Below are positions 20,390 through 27,732 of a stretch of 64,000 nt of DNA, in pieces (position 1 is the first letter of the stretch; each line of letters starts with the position of its first letter). Below the pieces are notes generated by a model. The model worked only from the letters and a program-made list of their open reading frames with translations. It was not told the origin of the DNA and made no database searches. Position numbers and translations under genes: made by a program. The DNA comes from Gammaproteobacteria bacterium. GTDB lineage: Bacteria > Pseudomonadota > Gammaproteobacteria > Xanthomonadales > Xanthomonadaceae. Where the stretch lies: contig JANNWV010000086.1 of assembly GCA_031408815.1 (NCBI GenBank), positions 374 through 64,373 on the forward strand, read 5' to 3'.

Positions 20390-22717
20390 TCAGGCATCAA
20401 CGGGTTCTGCGATTTCCGGCAAGGCTGGTTCGCGAGTCGGCACCACCCACAAGCGGAACACGAACCAGGCCAGGGACAGTGCACCGACGCTGAAGATCGT
20501 GTCGCCAGGTACGCGCATCCAGATCAGTATCTCGACGATGGGTTGCTGCATGAACTCTGCCGACCGTGCATACCAGTAACCGTGCTCGATCGCCGCCATC
20601 AGTTGCATGATGCCCAGCGGAAGCAGTGTCAGCAGCGCCATCAGGACAAGGCCGATGTTCAGCGACCAGAACGACAGCTCCAGCGCCTTGGTGTTCCACA
20701 CGACCTTGCCGCGCAACCCACGCATGCAGAACAGCATCAGCGCGATGCCCAACATGCCATACACGCCGAACAGGGCGGTGTGGCCATGCAGCGGTGTCAG
20801 GTTGAGGCCCTGCATGAAGTACAGCGAGACCGGCGGATTGATCAGGAAACCGAACAGTCCTGCGCCGACCAGGTTCCAGAACGACACCGCCAGGAAGAAC
20901 ATGATCGGCCAGCGATAGCGGGCCATCCAGGGCGTGGACTTGCCCAGCTTCCAGGTGTGGTAGACCTCGAAGCCGATGTAGGCCAGGGGCACCACTTCCA
21001 ACGCACTGAAGCTCGCGCCCAGCGCCACCACTGCCGTCGGCGTACCGACGAAGTACAGGTGGTGCAGTGTGCCCAGCACGCCGCCCGACAGGAAGATGAT
21101 GGTCGCGAACAACACGGCAACTGCGGCCACCGACGTCTTGATCAGGCCCAGGCGCGTGAAGATCAGCGCCATCACCGCCGTGGCGAACACTTCGAAGAAG
21201 CCTTCGACCCACAGATGGACCAGCCACCAGCGCCAGTACTCGACTTCGGAGATATGCGTGTGCTCGTTCCACATCAGCGCGGCGCCGTAGAACAGGCCGA
21301 TGGCAACGGTGGACAGGAACAACAAGGTCACCATCGTCCTTGAATCCGTCGACGGCCCACGCAGGATTGGCCACAACGCGCGACCCACCAGCGTCAGCCA
21401 GAGCAGCAGTCCAACAAACAGGAACCACTGCCAGAAACGGCCCATGTCGGCATATTCCCAACCTTGGTGGCCGAACCAGAAATTGTTCTCGAGCCCCAGT
21501 TTCTGCATGATCGCCAGGTACTGTCCGGTGAAGGATCCAACCACGATCAGCAACAGGCAGACGAACAGGAAGTTCACGCCGAGTCGCTGGAACCGGGGCT
21601 CGTGGCCCGAAAGCGCCGGCCCGATGTAGAGACCCGTTGCCAGCCATGCCGTCGCAATCCACAAGACGGCGAGTTGGGTATGCCAGGTACGCGCGAGAGA
21701 GTAGGGCAGGATGCTGGAGAGCTCGAATCCGTAGGCCGTCTGACCTTCGACCTGGTAGTGCGCGGTAATGGCGCCAAGCAGGATCTGGCCCAGGAACAGG
21801 GCGAGCACCACCCAGAAATATTTTGCCGTCGCTCGCATCGATGGCGTCGGTTCGAGCTTGGCGAACGGATCGGTTGCAGGCAACGCTTCGACTTCGTCGT
21901 TGCGACCGTGGTTGACGGCGTGATACCAGCCGAGCAGCGCGATGCCCGCGATCAGGAACATCACGCTGAACACCGACCAGCCCCATAGTGCCGGCGGTGG
22001 CTTGTTGCCCACCAGCGGTTCGTTCGGCCAGTTGTTGGTGTAGGTAACCTTCTTGCTGGCCAGCACGCCTTCCGGGCTGATGGCAGTGATGACATCTCCC
22101 GCGCGTTCGGTGGTTGCGGCCCAAGCCGTCCACCAGAAGAAGGCCGTGAGTGCCCGGCGATGTTCGGCGGTATCCACCGTGTCCTGCTTCATTGCGTATG
22201 CTTCGCGCAGCGACGCGGTAGTCGGATCATTCCCGAACAGGCTTTCGTAATGCGCCGCCACGTTCGACAGTGCCGCAGCGCGGTCGCGGGTCAGCGTGAT
22301 CGTGCCCGTCGTTTCGTCGTAAGTGTTGGCGCGCATCATCGCCTCGAGGCGACCGCGCAGTGCCGCTTGCTGTTCGATCGGCAGTTGCGCGTAGGTAGCC
22401 GCGCTGCCGTCGCTACGAGCCCAGAGGTTGAGCACCTCGACGGATTCGCGATGCAGCCAGTCCGCGCTCCAGTCCGGCGCGACATAGCCGCCGTGGCCCC
22501 AGATCGAACCCAACTGCATGCCGCCCATCGATTGCCAGACCTGGCGCCCGGTTTCGATGTCGGCCCGCGTATAGATTACGGAGCCATCTTCAACGAGCAC
22601 TTTTTCCGGCACCGGCGGGGCGGCCCGGAATATTTCGCCGCCGGCCCATAACAGGACCGAGAAGGAAACGACTAGTAGTACGCCCAGGCCGATCCAGAGC
22701 TTTCGCGTGGTGCTCAT
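20390..22717 (-). CDS. norB: quinol-dependent nitric oxide reductase (qNor, single large subunit)
   Basis: 775 aa. N-terminal TM plus periplasmic extension fused to a haem-copper-oxidase-like 12-TM core. Start re-picked to MSTTRKLW (GGAG RBS). Confidence 0.9.
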   Translation of the reverse strand: MSTTRKLWIGLGVLLVVSFSVLLWAGGEIFRAAPPVPEKVLVEDGSVIYTRADIETGRQVWQSMGGMQLGSIWGHGGYVAPDWSADWLHRESVEVLNLWARSDGSAATYAQLPIEQQAALRGRLEAMMRANTYDETTGTITLTRDRAAALSNVAAHYESLFGNDPTTASLREAYAMKQDTVDTAEHRRALTAFFWWTAWAATTERAGDVITAISPEGVLASKKVTYTNNWPNEPLVGNKPPPALWGWSVFSVMFLIAGIALLGWYHAVNHGRNDEVEALPATDPFAKLEPTPSMRATAKYFWVVLALFLGQILLGAITAHYQVEGQTAYGFELSSILPYSLARTWHTQLAVLWIATAWLATGLYIGPALSGHEPRFQRLGVNFLFVCLLLIVVGSFTGQYLAIMQKLGLENNFWFGHQGWEYADMGRFWQWFLFVGLLLWLTLVGRALWPILRGPSTDSRTMVTLLFLSTVAIGLFYGAALMWNEHTHISEVEYWRWWLVHLWVEGFFEVFATAVMALIFTRLGLIKTSVAAVAVLFATIIFLSGGVLGTLHHLYFVGTPTAVVALGASFSALEVVPLAYIGFEVYHTWKLGKSTPWMARYRWPIMFFLAVSFWNLVGAGLFGFLINPPVSLYFMQGLNLTPLHGHTALFGVYGMLGIALMLFCMRGLRGKVVWNTKALELSFWSLNIGLVLMALLTLLPLGIMQLMAAIEHGYWYARSAEFMQQPIVEILIWMRVPGDTIFSVGALSLAWFVFRLWVVPTREPALPEIAEPVDA

Positions 22718-22770
22718 GACATTCTCCAATGTGAACACTTGCATGTTCGGCGTGGCGACGATGCGTCGCC

Positions 22771-22784
22771 ATGACATGGATCAA
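22771..22784 (-). promoter_or_regulatory. degenerate FNR-type box upstream of norB
   Basis: Plus strand ATGACATGGATCAA, gene-sense TTGATCCATGTCAT (core 7/8). Centre is 60.5 nt upstream of the norB ATG. GAACAT at the implied -12..-7. Confidence 0.45.
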
Positions 22785-22803
22785 GTCATCCCAAGTGGAC
22801 CAC

Positions 22804-23556
22804 CTATTGGCGCAGGACGGGGCCCGCCAGTTCTTCCAATTGCTCGCGGCCGACCAGTTCGACCTCGCGGCGGTCCACGACCAGCAAGCCATCCTGCTGG
22901 AAGCGACGCAACACGCGGCTGACGGTCTCCGGCGCCAAGCGCAGGTAGTTGGCGATATCGGTGCGGGCCATGGTCAGCTGGAACCGGTTGGGAGAAAACC
23001 CGCGAGCGGCAAGACGTCGCGAGAACGCGATCAGGAAGGCGGCCATTCGCCGGTCTGCGGACCAGTCGCCGGCGAGCAGGGCGGCACGCCCGATATCGCG
23101 GCTGAGCAAGCGGAAGAGGTGCCTCTGCAGCCCCGGCATTTTCGCTGCCAGGACGGCCATCTTCGGAAACGAGAAGCGACAGAGCATCACCGTATCGAGT
23201 GCCACGGCGTTGCAAGGATAGTGTTCGCCATCGATCGCGCTGAGGCCGATCACTTCACCCGGAAGATGGAATCCCAGCACGTGCTCGCGGCCATCGGGGT
23301 CGATGACATAGGTCTTGACCGTGCCCGCGCGCACCGCAGCGATGGCCTCGAACCGGTCGCCTTCGCGGAACACATGGTCGCCGGCATGCAGCGGACCGAC
23401 GTGTTCGACCAGCACATGCAGGTCATTCAATGCACGCTTGTCCATTCCCTCGGACAGGCAAGCCTGGGAAAAAGCACAGGTTGAACAGAAGTGAAGCGGG
23501 TCGCCATCGTCGGCGATGATGTGCGCGTCGGCCTTGGGAAAGGCAGGCTGGTTCAT
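22804..23556 (-). CDS. Crp/Fnr family regulator, FNR-type [4Fe-4S] sensor (paralogue 2)
   Basis: 250 aa from MNQPAFPK; FCSTCAFSQAC (C-x2-C-x5-C) plus VMLCRFSF central Cys; recognition helix ETVSR; 19 nt downstream of hemN. Confidence 0.85.
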   Translation of the reverse strand: MNQPAFPKADAHIIADDGDPLHFCSTCAFSQACLSEGMDKRALNDLHVLVEHVGPLHAGDHVFREGDRFEAIAAVRAGTVKTYVIDPDGREHVLGFHLPGEVIGLSAIDGEHYPCNAVALDTVMLCRFSFPKMAVLAAKMPGLQRHLFRLLSRDIGRAALLAGDWSADRRMAAFLIAFSRRLAARGFSPNRFQLTMARTDIANYLRLAPETVSRVLRRFQQDGLLVVDRREVELVGREQLEELAGPVLRQ

Positions 23557-23575
23557 CCCGCCACCCCAGCCGCGA

Positions 23576-24973
23576 TCAGATCGCGCGGGAGAAGCGGGGG
23601 GCAAGGGTTGCTGCCGGTTTTTCCAGGTATCGGTCGAAGCACATCGCGATATTACGCAGTAGCAGGCGGCCCTGCGAGGTCACCGTGATCCGGCCCGTTT
23701 CGATCCGGACCAGACCGTCGCTTTCCAATGGCCTTAGGCGCTCGATCGCGTCGGCGAAATAGTCGTTGAACCGGATGCCGTATCGGCGTTCCAGCGCGGC
23801 GACGGGTACTTCGCCCTGGCACATCAGCTGCTGAATGAGGTCGGCGCGCAGCTGGTCGTCTTCGCTGAGGTGCATTCCCCGGAAGACGGGCAGGCGGCCT
23901 TCGTCGATGGCATGTTGCCAGCTGGGCAGGTCGCGCGGGTTCTGGCTGAAGCTGTCGCCGATATGGCTGATGGCGCTGACGCCCAGGCCGATCAGGTCGC
24001 TGTCGGAATGGGTGGTATAGCCCATGAAATTGCGGTGCAGGCCGCCTCGCGCCTGGGCTTGTGCGAGGTCGTCGTCGGGCAGGGCGAAGTGATCCATGCC
24101 GATATATTCGTAGCCGGAATCGGACAGCTTGCTGATGGCCAATTGCAGCAGGGCCAGCTTGGTTTCGGGGCTGGGCAGGTCGCTTGCCTCGATCTGGCGT
24201 TGCGCCTTGAACAGTTCCGGAAGGTGCGCGTAGCTGTAGACCGCGATGCGATCTGGCCGGGCTTCGATCACCGTGTCGAGGGTCTTGGCGAACCCGGACA
24301 GGTTCTGCTTTGGCAAGCCGTAGATCAGGTCTACGTTGACCGAGCGGAATCCGTTCCGGCGGCAGGCGTCGATGACAGCCATCGTCTGTTCGACGCTCTG
24401 GATCCGGTTGACGGCTTCCTGGACGGCGGGATCGAAGTCCTGGACGCCCAGGCTTGCCCGGTTGAATCCGATCGTGGCGAGTTCAGCCACGTCCGCCGGA
24501 GAAATGAACCTGGGATCGAGTTCGATCGAGATGTCGCGACCGTCGCTTTCGGAGAAGTGGAACTGGCGGCGCAGGCAATCGACGACTTCGCGCAATTGCG
24601 CAGGCGTCAGGAAGTTGGGCGTTCCGCCGCCAAAATGCAGCTGGATGACTTCGCGGTCGCGGTCGAACAAGGCCGCGGTCAGGTCGATCTCGCGGTACAG
24701 GCGAGCCAGGTAGGATTCCGACCGCGTGGTGTCGCGCGTGATGATCCGGTTGCATCCGCAGTAGAAGCACGGGCTAAGGCAGAACGGCACGTGCACGTAG
24801 ATGGACAGCCGGCGCGGTATCGGGTCGCCATTGCTGCTCAATGCGGCTTCCCGCAGCTGGGTCTCGCCAAATTCACTGCTGAACTGCGGCGCGGTGGGAT
24901 ACGAGGTGTACCGCGGGCCCGGCGTGTCGTAGCGGCGAAGGAGCTCGGGGTCGATGACGGAGGCGTGGGTCAT
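23576..24973 (-). CDS. hemN: oxygen-independent coproporphyrinogen III oxidase (radical SAM) HemN
   Basis: 465 aa; GPRYTSYPTA near the N-terminus; radical-SAM CxxxCxxC (CLSPCFYC region); full-length alignment to HemN as I remember it. Confidence 0.95.
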   Translation of the reverse strand: MTHASVIDPELLRRYDTPGPRYTSYPTAPQFSSEFGETQLREAALSSNGDPIPRRLSIYVHVPFCLSPCFYCGCNRIITRDTTRSESYLARLYREIDLTAALFDRDREVIQLHFGGGTPNFLTPAQLREVVDCLRRQFHFSESDGRDISIELDPRFISPADVAELATIGFNRASLGVQDFDPAVQEAVNRIQSVEQTMAVIDACRRNGFRSVNVDLIYGLPKQNLSGFAKTLDTVIEARPDRIAVYSYAHLPELFKAQRQIEASDLPSPETKLALLQLAISKLSDSGYEYIGMDHFALPDDDLAQAQARGGLHRNFMGYTTHSDSDLIGLGVSAISHIGDSFSQNPRDLPSWQHAIDEGRLPVFRGMHLSEDDQLRADLIQQLMCQGEVPVAALERRYGIRFNDYFADAIERLRPLESDGLVRIETGRITVTSQGRLLLRNIAMCFDRYLEKPAATLAPRFSRAI

Positions 24974-25007
24974 GACGCCAAGCTATCGGGGTCCACACAT
25001 GAACACC

Positions 25008-25021
25008 TTGATGCGGATCAA
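25008..25021 (-). promoter_or_regulatory. perfect FNR box upstream of hemN
   Basis: TTGATGCGGATCAA (TTGAT-N4-ATCAA). Centre is exactly 41.5 nt upstream of the A of the hemN ATG. TAGCTT lies at -12..-7 relative to that A. Confidence 0.75.
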
Positions 25022-25060
25022 ACCCGCCTATAATTTACATAATATACATTATGCGAAGTA

Positions 25061-25342
25061 CTAGCGTTCCCGCCACAGGTGGGCGTACTCCGGATACCGG
25101 ACTTTGAACGCCCTGGCGTAGGAACAGGCTGGCACGACCGTCCACTCCGATGCCTCGGCGTGAGCCAGCGCAGCCTTCATCAGCTCCGATGCGATGCCAC
25201 GACCGGCAATCTGCTCAGGAACGCCCGTGTGGACTATCGTCATGACCTTGCCTGCAAGCCGATACACCAGCTCTGCGCCATGTCCGTCGGCGGACGTATG
25301 GAACCTGTGCAGCTCAGCGTCGTGCCTGATCGGCATTGCCAT
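25061..25342 (-). CDS. small GNAT-fold N-acetyltransferase (YjdJ-like)
   Basis: 93 aa from MAMPIRHD; motif [15 protein letters not shown]...VVPACSY typical of the short GNAT family. Confidence 0.65.
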   Translation of the reverse strand: MAMPIRHDAELHRFHTSADGHGAELVYRLAGKVMTIVHTGVPEQIAGRGIASELMKAALAHAEASEWTVVPACSYARAFKVRYPEYAHLWRER

Positions 25343-25451
25343 GAAATGTTCCTCGTCAAATGGAACGCCCAGCGTAAGCCAGGCCCGTGCGATCAGGGAT
25401 GAACGGGCGTCCTTGCCGTCTCGACCCAATTTGCCGATATTAGGCCCACGA

Positions 25452-26573
25452 ATGAAAACTCCCGCCAAGGTTCCGGATTCCGATCTTCACGCGATGCTCG
25501 TCGAAATGACGGACGAGGCCGTGATTCTTCATTCCGACGATCGCATCCAGATTGCCAACCAGGCCGCCGCGCTTGCACTTGGCGCGAACTCCGCCGACGC
25601 ACTGCGGGACCGCGCTGCCAGCTCGATTTTTCCCTTTCAGGTGGGCGTCTCGGCAAGTCGCCAGGTGGCGGCTTATCCGCGCCGCCGCAGTGTGTTGCAG
25701 GTGCTGCGAAAGCTCGATGGCAGTGAGCTGGAAGTGCTGTTGTCCGAGCGCGTCTGTGTCTACCAGGGGCGGCCCGCAACCCAAGTGGTGTTCCGCCTGC
25801 CCTCCCCGGCCCCGTCAACGCAGGGAGTGGCGGACGCCGACTTGTTGACCGAACTGCCGAATCGCCGACAGTTCCGTAGCCACCTGCAGTCCGCCATCGA
25901 TCGCGCCATTCGCAACCGGCACCAGGTCTGGGTGCTGTACGTGGACATCGACCGGTTCAACGTGGTCAACACCACGCATGGCCACCACGTGGGCGACCAG
26001 ATACTGGCCGAGGCCGCCGCGCGGCTGCAGCAATGCGTACGCAAGACCGACCTTATCGCAAGCCCGGGCGGTGATGAATTCCTGATCGCGTTGGAAGGCA
26101 CCACCGACCTCGATGGCGCGCGGGTCGTCGCAGGCCGCGCGTTGCAGTCCCTTGCCCAGCCCTTCCTCATCGAGAACAGCAAGGTCGCACTGAGCGCCTG
26201 CATCGGCATTTCGGTTGCGCCGGGTGACGGAACCGCGCCAGACGACCTGCTTCAAAACGTGGATGTCGCGATGTGGCAAGCCAAGGCCGGTAGTCGAAAC
26301 CGCTTCGAGTTCTACTCGGCAGCCATGGATGTCCAGCATCGTCGCAGCACGCTCGTGCGCGCGCAGACGGAGGCCAAGCTGGCCAGCCTGACGCCGCGCG
26401 AACAGGAAGTGCTGGAGCGACTGATCTCAGGCGAAGCCAACAAGATGATCGCCTACATGCTTGGTTCAAGCATGCGCACCATCGAGCACCATCGCGCCAA
26501 GATCATGAGCAAGATGGAAGCGGGCTCGCTTCCCGAACTGGTACGGATGGTGCTGGGGCGACGCGATGGCTGA
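25452..26573 (+). CDS. PAS - GGDEF (with RxxD I-site) - FixJ/LuxR-type HTH fusion protein
   Basis: 373 aa from [10 protein letters not shown]-like N-terminus. [14 protein letters not shown] (RxxD-x5-GGDEF). C-terminal [54 protein letters not shown] closely resembles the FixJ output domain. Confidence 0.8.
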   Translation: MKTPAKVPDSDLHAMLVEMTDEAVILHSDDRIQIANQAAALALGANSADALRDRAASSIFPFQVGVSASRQVAAYPRRRSVLQVLRKLDGSELEVLLSERVCVYQGRPATQVVFRLPSPAPSTQGVADADLLTELPNRRQFRSHLQSAIDRAIRNRHQVWVLYVDIDRFNVVNTTHGHHVGDQILAEAAARLQQCVRKTDLIASPGGDEFLIALEGTTDLDGARVVAGRALQSLAQPFLIENSKVALSACIGISVAPGDGTAPDDLLQNVDVAMWQAKAGSRNRFEFYSAAMDVQHRRSTLVRAQTEAKLASLTPREQEVLERLISGEANKMIAYMLGSSMRTIEHHRAKIMSKMEAGSLPELVRMVLGRRDG

Positions 26574-26588
26574 TCCGCCTGCGTCGGA

Positions 26589-27713
26589 TCAAGTGCCGCT
26601 GCAGGTTTCCGCCATTTGCCGATAGCCCGGGAACACACGCCCCGGCGCGCAGACAGGACAGTCCGGGTCGGCACGCAGCCGTGTTTCGCGAAAGCGCATC
26701 GACAGTGCATCGAAATGCAGCAGCCTGCCCGACAGCGATTGACCGAGGCCAAGGATCAACTTGATCGCTTCGGTGGCCTGCAACAGCCCAATGATGCCCG
26801 GCAGCACGCCCAGTACGCCGGCCTCCGCACAGTTCGGTGCATCTTCCGCACGCGGCGCGTCCGGAAACAGGCAGCGATAGCAAGGCGCGCTGCCACGTTG
26901 CCGGCCCGCATCGAACACACTGGCCTGGCCTTCGAACCGATGCACGGCGCCATAGACGAGCGGCTTGCCCAGCTGCACGCAGGCATCGGACAAGAGGTAA
27001 CGGGTCGGGAAATTGTCGGCGCCATCCACCACCACGTCCACGTCCGCCAGCAGCGACTCGACATTGTCCGCATCCAGCCGGACGGAACGTGCATCGATGC
27101 GCGTTCTTGGATTGAGTGCAGAAAGTGATACTTGAGCGGATTCGACCTTATCCATGCCGATGCGCGATTCGGTATGCAGTATCTGGCGTTGCAGGTTGCT
27201 TCGATCCACCTGGTCGTTGTCGACGAGGCGCAGGAAACCGACACCCGCCGCAGCGAGGTAGAACGCGGCCGGTGAACCCAGCCCGCCCGCGCCCACCATC
27301 AGCACGCGTGATTGCTCCAGCTTCTTCTGGCCCACGATGCCTACCTGGGGCAAGCGCAGGTGGCGTGAATATCGATCCATGAAATCAGGGTCTTCCGTCG
27401 TGCGGATCGGAAGGCCTGCGGACTGCCAGACCGACATGCCACCCGCAACCGAGCACAGCGATCGGTATCCCTGGCCGGCGAGCGACTCGGCCGCGAGCAT
27501 CGAACGGCGACCGCTGCCGCAGATCAACAGAACGGTTTCGCCTTCGGAAACATATTTCGACGGGTTGGATTCGAGCTCGGCGCGGGGAACCGCGAGCGCG
27601 CCTTCAGCCAGGCCCAGTGCGTGCTCGTCGGGTTCGCGCACGTCAACCAATCGGCAGCCTTCGCGCTGCAGTTGGAGCGCCTCGGTTGGCGAGATTTCCT
27701 TGATCCTGTCCAC
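26589..27713 (-). CDS. moeB: molybdopterin-synthase adenylyltransferase MoeB with N-terminal rhodanese domain
   Basis: 374 aa; rhodanese active loop CGSGRRS near residue 65; then a ThiF/MoeB fold (MVGAGGLGSP, DxxDN, two CxxC pairs). Confidence 0.85.
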   Translation of the reverse strand: MDRIKEISPTEALQLQREGCRLVDVREPDEHALGLAEGALAVPRAELESNPSKYVSEGETVLLICGSGRRSMLAAESLAGQGYRSLCSVAGGMSVWQSAGLPIRTTEDPDFMDRYSRHLRLPQVGIVGQKKLEQSRVLMVGAGGLGSPAAFYLAAAGVGFLRLVDNDQVDRSNLQRQILHTESRIGMDKVESAQVSLSALNPRTRIDARSVRLDADNVESLLADVDVVVDGADNFPTRYLLSDACVQLGKPLVYGAVHRFEGQASVFDAGRQRGSAPCYRCLFPDAPRAEDAPNCAEAGVLGVLPGIIGLLQATEAIKLILGLGQSLSGRLLHFDALSMRFRETRLRADPDCPVCAPGRVFPGYRQMAETCSGT

Positions 27714-27732
27714 GGCTACCAGTCTAGCGCGA

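Noticed and set aside
14473-22717. Calling the nirK/norB module a recently acquired genomic island.
   Set aside because: By eye there are no integrase or transposase genes, flanking direct repeats, adjacent tRNA or compositional break. Only the synteny argument remains, and it is reported as an inference in the findings.
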